Origin: Candidatus Aenigmatarchaeota archaeon | Lineage (GTDB): Archaea; Aenigmatarchaeota; Aenigmatarchaeia; CG10238-14; SCSR01 | Length of the DNA stretch: 64,000 nt | Direction of reading: 5' to 3' | NCBI GenBank assembly: GCA_038998335.1 | Contig: JAVZHQ010000001.1 | Span: 448,001 to 512,000 of the forward strand | Shown here: positions 28,993-39,210 of the stretch, piece after piece | How the letters are laid out: each line of letters begins with the position of its first letter | Position numbering within the stretch: position 1 is the first letter of the stretch | Position numbers and translations under genes: made by a program | The notes under the pieces: generated by a model | Seen by the model: only the letters and a program-made list of their open reading frames with translations | Database searches by the model: none | Told to the model about the DNA's origin: nothing

Positions 28993-30270
28993 TCAAGAAA
29001 TTATTTCTCCGATTAAGTAATTGCTTTTTGCTTCAATTATTCTAACATTTTTGAATTGGCCGAGCAAATTTTTCTCGCTTTTCACAACTATTGGCTTGTA
29101 AGCAAAGTTTCTTGCTATGAAAGTTTTGCTTTTCGCTCCTTTCTCATCTATTAAGCATAAGCCTTCCCAGTTTAACCATTTCTGATTTTTTTCGAAAGAA
29201 ATCCTTCTAACAAGCTCAAAAGCCTCTTTAGACCTTTTCTTTATAGTAGCTTGAGGAAGCTGCTTCATCTTTGCTGCTTCTGTTCCTGGTCTTGGGCCAA
29301 ACTTTGAAATGTTAACTATGTCTGGCTTAACTTTTTCTATAAATTTTAAAGTTTGTTGGAAGTCTTGCTCTGTTTCTGAGGGAAAGCCAACTATAATATC
29401 GGTAGAAAGAGTTAAGTTAGGGAAAGCTTCGTAGAACTTTTCTATAATTTCTAAGGCATCTTTTGGCTTATATCCTCTTCTCATTTTTTCTAGAACACTC
29501 TCGCTAAAGGATTGTATCGGTAAATGTAAAAACTTGAAGACTTTTTCATTCTTATAAGCTTGAATCAATTCTTCTAAAATTTTTCTTGTGTAGAAAGGGT
29601 TAATCATTCCTACCCTTACAAAAAATTTTCCTTCTATTTCACAAATTTTTTCTAGCAAGTTAGCTAGATTTTTTCCGTTGTAATTGTAAGAAGAGTTGTC
29701 TTGAGAAGTTATCCAAACTTCCTTTTTCCCTTTTTTTATTGCATTTTCAACATCTTTAACTATCAAATCAAAAGGAAAGGAAAACAAATTTCCTTTGTTA
29801 ATTCTTACAATACAATAGCTGCAAGCTAAGTTGCAGCCTGTAGAGATTTGGGTTATATGGATTACTTTACTTCTTTGAACCCTTGGCAAGCAAACCTTAG
29901 GCTCCTTTAAGTTTTCAAGAAAAACTATTTTTTTTCCTTCCATAGTTTCTTTAACAGCTTCAACAATTTTTGAAATAGAATTTGGGCCAAGCAAGCTTGC
30001 TTTTTGGTTAATTTTTTCTATTAGCTCTTTTTGCGTAGAAGGCATGCAGCCAGCAACTATCAAAGGCTTATTCAAGCTTGAAAACTTTTTTATTTCGTTT
30101 ATCATTCTTTTTTCAGTTGGTAGCTTAACGTTACAAGTAACTAAAATATTTAGATCGCTTTTTTCTTCTCTATCAACTATTTCAAAACCTTTTTCTTCTA
30201 GCAAGCCTGCCATTATTTCTGAATCCGAAAAGCTTGCTGAGCAGCCAAAAGCTTTGAGATAAACTTTCAT
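28993..30270 (-). CDS. MiaB-like tRNA methylthiotransferase (MtaB/e-MtaB type)
   Basis: UPF0004 (FGC, TCNV, AGC), radical SAM CNLACSYC, TDIIVGFPSET, C-terminal TRAM. Confidence 0.9.
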   Translation of the reverse strand: MKVYLKAFGCSASFSDSEIMAGLLEEKGFEIVDREEKSDLNILVTCNVKLPTEKRMINEIKKFSSLNKPLIVAGCMPSTQKELIEKINQKASLLGPNSISKIVEAVKETMEGKKIVFLENLKEPKVCLPRVQRSKVIHITQISTGCNLACSYCIVRINKGNLFSFPFDLIVKDVENAIKKGKKEVWITSQDNSSYNYNGKNLANLLEKICEIEGKFFVRVGMINPFYTRKILEELIQAYKNEKVFKFLHLPIQSFSESVLEKMRRGYKPKDALEIIEKFYEAFPNLTLSTDIIVGFPSETEQDFQQTLKFIEKVKPDIVNISKFGPRPGTEAAKMKQLPQATIKKRSKEAFELVRRISFEKNQKWLNWEGLCLIDEKGAKSKTFIARNFAYKPIVVKSEKNLLGQFKNVRIIEAKSNYLIGEIIS

Positions 30271-30339
30271 ATTTTAAATTGCAGAAGTTTAAGTTAAATA
30301 AGGTTTATTTTTCAGCTTTTGCTTGAAAACGCAAGCTAG

Positions 30340-31374
30340 CTAAATTTTCTCTAGCACAAAAACATGAGGATATAAACCTCCAGATTCTATAACTCTTTCT
30401 TCCACAATTTTAAACTTTTTTGTCCTTATCACAAAAGTTCGAAAAGAGTCTGCTCTTAAAGTTAAAGCTACAATTTTTCCAGAATCTTTTAAAACTTCGT
30501 AAGATGAAATCAAAAATTTCTCGTAGAGAGATTTTAAGTTTTTTCTTCTAATCCTTATTCCGTAAGGCAAATCTGTAATTATTTTGTCTATTGAATTTTT
30601 GGGAAAAGCCTCTTCAAGCTTTGTTGCGTCCAAAACCTTAAAATTTATGAAATTCTCTAGCTTATTAGCCTTAGCGTTTTTTATCGCTCCTTCAACAAAC
30701 TTTTTGTTTATGTCGCTTCCAAAAATTTTTATTCTATTTTTAAACAAGCTTGCTAACTCTAAAAGAATTGTTCCACCTCCGCACATAGGGTCAAGAACTG
30801 TTTCATTTTCCTTAATTTTTGCCATTCTTATCAAACCATAAGCTATTGTTGACTTTATCGCTGCTGGATGAACAAAAGGTAGCTTAAACCTTTTGTATAA
30901 AGATTCTTTTGTTAGTTGGGAAGAAATCAAAACATCTTTTCCAAAAACATCAACTCTTAAGTTAACATCAAAATTTTTAAGATCAACGCTTAGCTTGTAT
31001 TTTTCTTTTATAACTTGGCCAGCAACCTTTTGGATTTCAACAGAAGTGAAGGAATGCAAGCCTATTCTTTGGGAAGTAACCCTGAAACTTTTCTTATTTT
31101 TAAAAATTTTTGAAAGGTTTATTTTTTCAAGTTTTAGAGCTATTTCTTCTAGAGCATTTCTATCAAGAGTTGAAATTTGGAAAGAAGAGATTAGCTTTGC
31201 TATGTGATGAATTGATCTGAAAGAAAAAAGTTTTCTTGAGGATTTGGTTTCGATTAAAACTTTTCCTGGCAAGTTTTTTATCTTACCTAAGAACTTTGCG
31301 TTTTTTATTTTTTCTTTTAGCTCTAGCTTTACTATATCTTCTAAACCAGGATCGCAAGTAAGAATAAACTTCAT
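30340..31374 (-). CDS. THUMP-domain tRNA guanine N2-methyltransferase (Trm14/Trm11-like)
   Basis: THUMP (SFRVT...VDLKN), LDPMCGGGT, TDLPYG. Confidence 0.85.
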   Translation of the reverse strand: MKFILTCDPGLEDIVKLELKEKIKNAKFLGKIKNLPGKVLIETKSSRKLFSFRSIHHIAKLISSFQISTLDRNALEEIALKLEKINLSKIFKNKKSFRVTSQRIGLHSFTSVEIQKVAGQVIKEKYKLSVDLKNFDVNLRVDVFGKDVLISSQLTKESLYKRFKLPFVHPAAIKSTIAYGLIRMAKIKENETVLDPMCGGGTILLELASLFKNRIKIFGSDINKKFVEGAIKNAKANKLENFINFKVLDATKLEEAFPKNSIDKIITDLPYGIRIRRKNLKSLYEKFLISSYEVLKDSGKIVALTLRADSFRTFVIRTKKFKIVEERVIESGGLYPHVFVLEKI

Positions 31375-31492
31375 GTTTATTTATTTTTAAAGTTTTTTTA
31401 TTCAAATTTTTCTTAATGTTTGAGAAAAATGAAGAAGAATTTACTCTGAGAAAATTTTAAAATACTTATTTCTTTAAAGTAATTTCTAATTA

Positions 31493-34408
31493 ATGGCAAT
31501 TAGTGGTAAAAGAGAATCTAAGATTCAAGGAAATTTATTCTATTTATTAAATGAAGTTATAAAAAGGAATCCACGCTTTGACGATGTAGAATTTAAAGAA
31601 GCTGAAATAAATTATCCAGTAAACATAAGTGGCAGAAACTTAGAAGCTGACATAGTGATTTTTGACAAGAATGGTAGATGCTGGCTTGTCATAGAAACTA
31701 AAAGACTAGTTGAAGGAGGATATGATGAAAGATTTGACCCATACAGCCCATATGTTATACAGCAAGCAGCCCAGTACGCCATCGGCCTAGGCGCACCATT
31801 TTTTGCAACCTGTAATGGCGAAGTTTTAGTTCTTTTTGAAACATTTAAAGAGTTTGTACCTCTTCCACAAAGGAAGCAAAAGAGCTACTACCTTAGAAAA
31901 TTTATTCCAGAAGAATTTGCAGAAACATTACTCCAAGACTTAGTTAATCTTAAAAAGGGTATAACTAAATGGCCTCCGTTAGATGAAACTTTTGTAGCTA
32001 GGTTAAAAACATTACATCAATTTATATCAGGACCAATTTTAGAATCTTTGAAGAGAATTTTAGAGACAGATAGCAAATTTAGGAAAATTTATTCAGAATG
32101 GCTTGACAAACAAGGATTTTCTTATAATGAAGAAACTCATAATAAAATTGCTGTAGAAGCTGCTTATTTGCTAATAAACAAGATTCTATTTTACAAAATT
32201 CTCGAAACAAAGTATAAGGATTTACCAAGATTATCAAAAATTTCTCTTTTAGCTAAGGATACATCAAAATTAAAAGATAAATTAGAAGAGTGTTTTAACA
32301 AAGCATTAAAAATTGACTACAAAGCAGTTTTTCAGCCAGGAATATATGACGAAATACCATTACCACAACAAATTATAGAAACACTGAATGAGTTTTTAGA
32401 AGAAGTTTCTACTTATGATTTAGATAAAATCCCAAGCGATATTATAGGAAGAATTTATGAAGGACTTATACCAAAGGAAGAAAGACATAAATTAGGGCAA
32501 TATTACACCCCTCCACCTATATGCGAGTTAATAACTAAAATGTGTATAAATTCTCCGGATGCCTTTGTTTTAGACCCAGGATGTGGCAGTGGTGGATTTT
32601 TAGTTAAATCGTATTACAGAATCTTGGAGCTAATGGGTAAAAAAGAAGCCGATGAAGAAACTCATCAAAAAATTCTTAATCAATTATGGGGAATTGATAT
32701 AAACCAATTTGCGGCTCATCTTTCAGTTATTAATTTGAGTATGAGAAACATAAATGTCAAAAGTGATGTTGTAAACATTTTACCAATTGATTTTTTCAAA
32801 GTATTTCATACACAAAGAACTTTAAAACCTTACAAAGGTCTTACACTAGAAGAGGCAAAAGGCATACATTCTTTACCTTTAACTTTTGATGCTATAGTGT
32901 GTAACCCACCTTATACAAGACAAGAGCAGATTGGAGACAAAAAATATAAAGAATATATAAGAAAAGTTGCTTTAACATTTGACGGAAAGCAAATTAAGAT
33001 GAGTGCTAGAGCAGGAATTTATGCTTTATTTTTCACACATTCTACGCATTTCCTCAAAGAAAGAAGGATGATGGGGTATATAGTTTCGAATTCTTGGCTT
33101 GATGTAGAATTTGGTAGGGATTTACAAAAATTTTTCTTAGATAATTTCAAAATTCATTCAATCATCGAATTTGATAGAAGAGCGTTTGAGGAAGCAGCGA
33201 TAAACACAATAATAATAATATTGGAAAAATTAACTGGAAATGAGAATAAGGAAGAGAGAGATAATAACTTTGTAAAATTTGTTAGGATTAAGAAGCAACT
33301 TACAACAGATGAAATCAAAAGCCTAATAGAAAGAGCCAAAGAGGTGTGTGAAGACGAAACTGCTCGCGTAATTCTTAAAAAACAAGGGGATCTTTACCAA
33401 GAAGAAAAGTGGAGCAAATACTTAAGAGCACCTCCTATATTTTTCGAAATAATTAAGAACCCTAAAATTACAACTTTAAAAAATATAGCAAAAGTTACTG
33501 AAGCTATAAGATGCGGAGCTATACCATTTTTTATTTTATCAAAAGAGCGAGCAATGGAGTGGGGGATAGAAAAGAAATATTTAAAGCCAATTATTACAAG
33601 CCCCAGAAACATTAAAAACATAAAGTTAGAAGAGAATGAAGTAAAAGAATATATTTTTTTAGTTAATGAGCCAAAACAAAAATTAAAAGGTACTAATGCT
33701 TTGGAATATATAAAGTACGGCGAAAATGCTAAAATAAAAATAAAAAGAGGTTCTGAAGCAGGAAAAATAGTGATAGGTTATAATAACTTGCCGTCATTTA
33801 GAAATAAGAAAATTTGGTACAGTTTAGGTGAGAGAAAACCGGCACTCATATATTATCCTAAAACAATTTGGGAGAGGTCATTTGCAGTTTGGAACGTTAT
33901 AGATAGTTTTGCTACTGACAATTTCTGCGAAATACATACAAATAAAAAGGATATACTCGTATTATTAGGAATTTTGAATTCATCCCTAACTGCTTTCTTT
34001 ACAGAGCTTTATGGTAGAACAGCATTGGGAGAAGGGGCATTAGTAGTAAAGGTATACGAGATTGAAAACTTACCTGTTTTAAATCCTTCAAAATTATCAC
34101 AAAAAGAAAAAGAAAGAATTGAAAAAGCATTTATTAAACTCTGTGATGCACAGAAAAACTCTGAAAAGTTAGAGGAAGAAGCTAGAAAAGAGCTGGACGA
34201 TTCTATATTTGATACTTTAGGTTTAAACGAGAAAGAAAGGCAACAAATAATAGAAAGTCTTAACCAATTAAGAGAAATGAGAAAAAGAAGAAAAGAAGTT
34301 GAAATTTTAATCGAACACCCCGAAACTATAAAAGTAGAAAGACAGAAGAGAATAAAAGAATACAAAAAACCAGAAAAAGTTTCTCTTAAGAAATGGTTAG
34401 GTAGTTAA
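31493..34408 (+). CDS. Type IIG restriction-modification enzyme (nuclease + N6-adenine MTase + TRD)
   Basis: ADIVIF...IETK PD-(D/E)xK; LGQYYTP; DPGCGSGGFL; NPPY; LGILNSS and GEGAL in the TRD. Confidence 0.9.
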   Translation: MAISGKRESKIQGNLFYLLNEVIKRNPRFDDVEFKEAEINYPVNISGRNLEADIVIFDKNGRCWLVIETKRLVEGGYDERFDPYSPYVIQQAAQYAIGLGAPFFATCNGEVLVLFETFKEFVPLPQRKQKSYYLRKFIPEEFAETLLQDLVNLKKGITKWPPLDETFVARLKTLHQFISGPILESLKRILETDSKFRKIYSEWLDKQGFSYNEETHNKIAVEAAYLLINKILFYKILETKYKDLPRLSKISLLAKDTSKLKDKLEECFNKALKIDYKAVFQPGIYDEIPLPQQIIETLNEFLEEVSTYDLDKIPSDIIGRIYEGLIPKEERHKLGQYYTPPPICELITKMCINSPDAFVLDPGCGSGGFLVKSYYRILELMGKKEADEETHQKILNQLWGIDINQFAAHLSVINLSMRNINVKSDVVNILPIDFFKVFHTQRTLKPYKGLTLEEAKGIHSLPLTFDAIVCNPPYTRQEQIGDKKYKEYIRKVALTFDGKQIKMSARAGIYALFFTHSTHFLKERRMMGYIVSNSWLDVEFGRDLQKFFLDNFKIHSIIEFDRRAFEEAAINTIIIILEKLTGNENKEERDNNFVKFVRIKKQLTTDEIKSLIERAKEVCEDETARVILKKQGDLYQEEKWSKYLRAPPIFFEIIKNPKITTLKNIAKVTEAIRCGAIPFFILSKERAMEWGIEKKYLKPIITSPRNIKNIKLEENEVKEYIFLVNEPKQKLKGTNALEYIKYGENAKIKIKRGSEAGKIVIGYNNLPSFRNKKIWYSLGERKPALIYYPKTIWERSFAVWNVIDSFATDNFCEIHTNKKDILVLLGILNSSLTAFFTELYGRTALGEGALVVKVYEIENLPVLNPSKLSQKEKERIEKAFIKLCDAQKNSEKLEEEARKELDDSIFDTLGLNEKERQQIIESLNQLREMRKRRKEVEILIEHPETIKVERQKRIKEYKKPEKVSLKKWLGS

Positions 34409-34850
34409 GTATTCATCTTTTTAATTTCTTTCCTACTTTCTCTTGAATTTTCCATAAACATTGCATTCAGCTTAATAATCAAACATCAGAACTTTTGTTA
34501 TTGTCTTTTTCCGACAATGCTCTGAAGCTACTTTTCTTGATGCTAATAGCTCCAGGAATATACCACACTTGTATTTTTTTCTTTATCATAAAAAGAACAT
34601 AGCTTAATTCCACATACTTCCTCCTCTTCTAGATAAAAACTAGTCAGAAGAAAAAATTTAAAAGTTTGTTTACTCTTTCCTTATTAAGCTTGCAATCTTT
34701 TTTCTTCATCACTTCCCATATCCAAAATATAAAAAGAAGGAAGGTGTATGAAAAATGGTTAATGAAGCCAAGGTAGATTACGATGAAAAAACAACATTTT
34801 ATGGGTATATGCTCCAGTCCAAACAATTTCTACCTAAACTTTTTTATAAT

Positions 34851-35672
34851 TCAACTCAAATGCAACTCAACAACATCCTTATCCTTAAGCAAATAATTCA
34901 ACCCAACTTTCCTACCAGAAAATTCAGTTTCATCAAAAATTCTTGCAAACTTAAAACTTTTTAACCAATTTTTATTTATTCTTTCGATCAAATCTTTCAA
35001 GCTACTTCCTTTCTTCAAAACCAAAGCCTTTTCTTCTTTTGGCTTTCCAATTGGCTTAGTGAAAACCCTAACAATTTCAGCCTCTTCCAAAATTTTCTTT
35101 AGCAATTGCTTGTAATCCTTTCTTTCAATCGACCAAAAAATTTTCTTCTTTTCAATCTTATGCTCAGAAATAATCCTTTCCACTTTTGCTTTTTCTTCTT
35201 CACTATTAGCCAAAATTAAAAGCAAGTCAGCAGAATGAGCTATGCTTAAGTGCCTAGGCAAGAAAAAGGAGGGAATTTCCACAAGTTGAATTGCCACGCC
35301 TTCAAAAAAGCAAATTCCAGTTACAGGCTCTTTTGTAGTGTAAGGCTCTAAGCTAACTTCAGCCTTAGCATTAGTTAAAGCGTTAAGCAAGCTACTCTTG
35401 CCACTTTTTGTTAAGCCTAAGATTGCAACAAGCAAATCACCAGACTTTTTTATCGAAACTTGCTTCCTTCCAGGCTTCCTTGCTTTTTTCTCGAGCTGCT
35501 CTTCAAGCCTAGAAAGTTTTTTTCTTAAATCAGCCAAAAGGTTTTCTGTTCCTTTGTGCTTTGGTGTAACTGAAATTAACTTTTTCAAAAGCTCTATTTT
35601 CTTTTCCAAGTTTTTCTCTTCCAAGTATTCTTTTTGAACAGCAAACCATTCAGCTGGCAAGTTAGCAGGCAT
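34851..35672 (-). CDS. DRG/Rbg-like GTP-binding protein with TGS domain (shortened)
   Basis: TPKHKGTE, GLTKSGKSS, PYTT, C-terminal TGS (KVGLNYLLKDKDVVELH). Confidence 0.85.
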   Translation of the reverse strand: MPANLPAEWFAVQKEYLEEKNLEKKIELLKKLISVTPKHKGTENLLADLRKKLSRLEEQLEKKARKPGRKQVSIKKSGDLLVAILGLTKSGKSSLLNALTNAKAEVSLEPYTTKEPVTGICFFEGVAIQLVEIPSFFLPRHLSIAHSADLLLILANSEEEKAKVERIISEHKIEKKKIFWSIERKDYKQLLKKILEEAEIVRVFTKPIGKPKEEKALVLKKGSSLKDLIERINKNWLKSFKFARIFDETEFSGRKVGLNYLLKDKDVVELHLS

Positions 35673-35788
35673 AAGTTAAATTTATAAAAATAAATTTAAT
35701 TCTCTTCCTCTAAAAGCCATTCGCAAGACTTGCATTTTCTCTTTGAATTGCAAAACTAGCAAAAATTGCTGCACAATTCTTTTTCAAG

Positions 35789-36910
35789 TTAGCTTTTTCT
35801 AAAGTATAAAAGAAGCAAGAAAGAATAAACAAGGAAAATCAAGGCAGAAGAAATGAAGAGAAAAGAAAAACCAAGGAAAGAAATTAGAAAACCTGAAAAG
35901 ATTAGGCTTATGGTTCTTCCTGCATGAAAAGTTGTCATTAGCAATCCTATATCAGTGCCGTAAGCAAAATTGTTTGTAGTAACTCTTGAAAAAATTGCTT
36001 CTATCCCGCTTGTAATAATTCCGTTAGCTATGCCAAAAAGAATTAGAATTAAACCTGCCCAAAAATTTTTAAGGAAGCAAAGCAATAAAAGAAAAGCAGG
36101 GTAAAGAAATGCCCCGAAAATTATCGTTTTTCTGAAGCTAAGTTTTTTGGATAAATAATGGAGAGAAATTCCGGTAATAAAAACTTGAATTCCAAGAACA
36201 ATTCCAATACTTTCTATTTCGTAGCCGTTTTCTTTAAGGAAAAGAGGAAAAACATAATAAGCTGTTAGGCCAAGGGATAAACCAAGAACAAAAAATATTA
36301 CCAAAGCTTTCCTGAAAGTTTCAGTTTTTTTGGTTAAATTCAAAACCTCAAAAATTTCTTTTACATTAAGCTTTCTCTTCTTCTCTGGAATTTTTAGAGA
36401 AGTTGGAATCGAAAGAAAACTTACGAAAGTGCAGAAAATCAAAGCATTAGAGTAAAAAAGAAAAACTATAAGAAAACCTGCTAGCAAAGTGCCTAAGGCT
36501 TCTGAAATAAAGTCAAAGACTCTCATTTCTACCAAGCTTCTCCATTTTTCCTTGCTTTGCTCAAGGATAAAAGCCCTGTTAACAGCCCAGAGAGAAGCGC
36601 TGCTTGCTCCTTCTGCAATCTTTCCGAACAAAAATTCTAATGGAGAAAAAGCAAAGTAGTAAATCAAGTTGTAAAGAACTCTTAGAATCCCGTTTAAAAG
36701 GAAAAATATTCTTCTTCCTATAAAGTCTGAAAGAATTGCAAAGGCAAACCTTGTTAGTTGGAAAATTATTGGCAAGGCTGAATAAACTAAACCGATAGAA
36801 ATTATGTCTATTCCTCTTTCAAGCATTAGCAAAGGCAAAAGAACAGTAAGGATTCCACTAACAAAAGAGTCTACTCCTTGAATGAAAAAGGCTTTTTTGT
36901 TCTCGCTCAT
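35789..36910 (-). CDS. MFS transporter
   Basis: About 12 TM helices; LSDFIGRR motif A. Confidence 0.88.
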   Translation of the reverse strand: MSENKKAFFIQGVDSFVSGILTVLLPLLMLERGIDIISIGLVYSALPIIFQLTRFAFAILSDFIGRRIFFLLNGILRVLYNLIYYFAFSPLEFLFGKIAEGASSASLWAVNRAFILEQSKEKWRSLVEMRVFDFISEALGTLLAGFLIVFLFYSNALIFCTFVSFLSIPTSLKIPEKKRKLNVKEIFEVLNLTKKTETFRKALVIFFVLGLSLGLTAYYVFPLFLKENGYEIESIGIVLGIQVFITGISLHYLSKKLSFRKTIIFGAFLYPAFLLLLCFLKNFWAGLILILFGIANGIITSGIEAIFSRVTTNNFAYGTDIGLLMTTFHAGRTISLIFSGFLISFLGFSFLFISSALIFLVYSFLLLLYFRKS

Positions 36911-37359
36911 TCCTTGCCCTTTGGTCTTTTCATGCTTTCTATTCTTCTGTTTATCAGCTCGTAAACAGCTTCTGGGTTTTTTATTCCTTTCATTATTATA
37001 TCATCTTTAACTCCTTTCACTATTATATTGCCGTAATTGAAAATTCTTCCAACTATGCTTTTAACAACTCTAACGTCAGCAACGCTTTGGTAAGGGATTG
37101 AAATTCTTTTTTTAGTCAAGATTCCTTCTACTTTTATAACTTCCGCGTTTGTTATAAAATATTCTCTTATAGCTCTTTCTGCTTCTGGCTCAAGAATTAA
37201 AGCTAGAATGAGCAAAAGGAGAAAATAGTAAACTAAAAAACCAAAGGAAAAGTTAAGGTAAGGGATTAGCAAGAAAGTTAAGATTAAAACTAGAATTACA
37301 AGAAAATAGTTAAAAAGGAAGGAAATTCTGGAAGTTTTGTACTTGAGCTTTTCCTCCAT
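36907..37359 (-). CDS. Membrane protein with bacterial PH (bPH_2) domain
   Basis: Two TM helices, then Y.IT...V....GIL....IPY..V.DV.V.KSI.GRIFNYG.I. Confidence 0.8.
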   Translation of the reverse strand: MEEKLKYKTSRISFLFNYFLVILVLILTFLLIPYLNFSFGFLVYYFLLLLILALILEPEAERAIREYFITNAEVIKVEGILTKKRISIPYQSVADVRVVKSIVGRIFNYGNIIVKGVKDDIIMKGIKNPEAVYELINRRIESMKRPKGKE

Positions 37360-37379
37360 AATTTATATTGTAGTTGTAA

Positions 37380-37937
37380 TTAGCTTAACTTTTTCATCAT
37401 CCAAATGTCGTCAACATACTTTCCTTTGTAAATAAAGATTTTTGGGATTCTTGCCACTTGCTTAAAACCAAATTTTTTGTAAAGTTTTATAGCAACTTTA
37501 TTGTTAGCCATAACCCCAAGTAAAAGGTACTTAAATCCTAATTTTTCCCCAAAGTTTATCAGAAGTGAAAGCAACCTTTTTCCTATTCCTAAATTTCTGT
37601 AGGACTTAAGAACTGCTAACCTTATTTCACCAACATGCGGGCTCCTTTCCCCATTCCCTATTTCAACGCTTCCATGAGCTACAATTTTGTTTTTGTACAA
37701 GCCTACAAGCCAGACTCCTTTTCCTTTTTTCATCAAGCTTAAAATGTTCTTTAAGTATTCTTTTTCTTCTTTTATAGTCTTTCTCTTTGCTGTTAGAATA
37801 AAAGTATCTTCTTTCACTAAAGCGTTAATGAAGTTAAGCAATTGAAGTAGATCAGAATTTTTTGGAGTGCGAAAAATTATTTTTTTACCATCTTTTGCTT
37901 TGAATTCTTCTATTAATTGACCTGGCTTAATTTTCAT
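37380..37937 (-). CDS. GNAT-family N-acetyltransferase
   Basis: VLKSYRNLGIG, N..AIKLYKKFGF. Confidence 0.9.
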   Translation of the reverse strand: MKIKPGQLIEEFKAKDGKKIIFRTPKNSDLLQLLNFINALVKEDTFILTAKRKTIKEEKEYLKNILSLMKKGKGVWLVGLYKNKIVAHGSVEIGNGERSPHVGEIRLAVLKSYRNLGIGKRLLSLLINFGEKLGFKYLLLGVMANNKVAIKLYKKFGFKQVARIPKIFIYKGKYVDDIWMMKKLS

Positions 37938-37967
37938 ATAATTAATTTAAACAACAAAATAATTTAT

Positions 37968-38312
37968 ATGGCAACAGTTGAAATTTCTCACGCTATCCTG
38001 CCAGAAAAGCTTGAGATTCAGGAAGAAGTTAAAAAATTTTTGGAAAAATTTGAAGAAAGATGGAAAATCTCTAGCTTCAAGCTTGATGTTAGAACTTACA
38101 GCCCAGGAGGAAGAAAGAAGTATTCATTTCATGCAAAAGTTGTTGCTAGCGATAAAGTTTTTATAGCAAAGGCAAGCTCCTGGGATATCCCTTCAACGTT
38201 AAGCATTCTTTTAAAAAAATTGGAAAGGGAAATAGGAAAAAAATTGAAGAAAGAAAGGCTGAAGAAAATTTCTACTGCAAGAAAAATTTTGATGAAATCA
38301 CTAGAGGCTTAA
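37968..38312 (+). CDS. HPF/RaiA-like ribosome-associated domain protein (putative)
   Basis: beta-alpha-beta3-alpha pattern with FIAKASSWDI...LKKLEREI and a basic tail. Confidence 0.5.
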   Translation: MATVEISHAILPEKLEIQEEVKKFLEKFEERWKISSFKLDVRTYSPGGRKKYSFHAKVVASDKVFIAKASSWDIPSTLSILLKKLEREIGKKLKKERLKKISTARKILMKSLEA

Positions 38313-39041
38313 TTCCTTAATTCTTCCGAAGTTTAAAGCTCCTGTCTCTTTATCTAAAGCTATAGCTGAAAGGTTTTCAAAATCAACATCTTCTCTTAAA
38401 ATTGGTGAAAGCAATTCCTCTTTTGAAATTGCGTTTATTTCAACCCCAGAAGCTAATGGAGAAAAAGCAGGCAAGCAAATGAAATTTTTTCCTTTTTTTG
38501 TTTTTCCATAAAGCAAGCAAGGAACTTTTATTCTATCAAAACCTTTCCTCAAAATTAAAGCAGGCTGTTCATGACCAATAATCAAAACTTCCATTTCTTT
38601 AGGAAAATCTATTTTTTTATGCCCATGAGCAAACAAAATTCCTTGGGAAAAGTAAAAAGGTTGGAAAACTTTTAGCTCAAGCTTGCTCGCTATGGTAAGC
38701 AAATAGTTGTCATGATTTCCTCTCACCAAAACTATTTCCTCAACTTTTTTTCTCAAGAAATTTACCAAATCCTTTACTTCCCTCCATTCTTGTTGTGAAG
38801 CTTCCCCAAACTCATGCTTTAGATCGCCATTTATTATTACCTTTTTAGCTTTTGTTTTCCTTAGAATTTCTTTCAAATCAGCTTTCATTTCTTTTAGCTG
38901 GAATTGAGGAACAAAGATTCCCTGCTCAGCCAAATAAAGCTCTTCTCCTAGTTGTAAATCAGAAATAGCTATAGCTTTAAGCTTTTCTAGATAAATTGCT
39001 TTAAACCCATTTACGGTGAAAATTCCTTCAAAAATTTCCAT
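38301..39041 (-). CDS. Metallophosphoesterase (Lhr-associated MPE-like)
   Basis: SDLQLG, NGDLKH, RGNHD, HGH, GHEQP, PAFSP. Confidence 0.88.
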   Translation of the reverse strand: MEIFEGIFTVNGFKAIYLEKLKAIAISDLQLGEELYLAEQGIFVPQFQLKEMKADLKEILRKTKAKKVIINGDLKHEFGEASQQEWREVKDLVNFLRKKVEEIVLVRGNHDNYLLTIASKLELKVFQPFYFSQGILFAHGHKKIDFPKEMEVLIIGHEQPALILRKGFDRIKVPCLLYGKTKKGKNFICLPAFSPLASGVEINAISKEELLSPILREDVDFENLSAIALDKETGALNFGRIKELSL

Positions 39042-39042
39042 C

Positions 39043-39210
39043 CTATCTTTCCTCTAAATAGATTACAGCATCTTTATGAATGTACTTAATTTTTCCTTTA
39101 GTTTCCAGAGCTATCCATTTATCAACCTCTTTCAAAATTCCTTCTAGAGGAATTGTTGTGTCGCCCATTGCTATTATTATCCTAACTTTTTTGCCAACTA
39201 GCTCTTTCAT
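39043..39210 (-). CDS. 55-aa Sm/LSm-like microprotein (below ORF-track cutoff)
   Basis: MKELVGKKVRIIIAMGDTTIPLEGILKEVDKWIALETKGKIKYIHKDAVIYLEER; ATGA overlap with the lhr stop; ends 1 nt before the MPE start. Confidence 0.75.
   Translation of the reverse strand: MKELVGKKVRIIIAMGDTTIPLEGILKEVDKWIALETKGKIKYIHKDAVIYLEER

Noticed and set aside
34410-34850. Short ORFs downstream of the R-M gene
   Set aside because: No recognisable motifs or convincing starts; possibly gene debris.
35696-35776. Cys-rich minus-strand peptide with an in-frame TAG (LCSNFC*FCNSKRKCKSCEWLLEEEN), suggesting amber recoding
   Set aside because: TAG clearly terminates conserved genes in this window (e.g. at 2580 and 19682); more likely a decayed fragment or chance.
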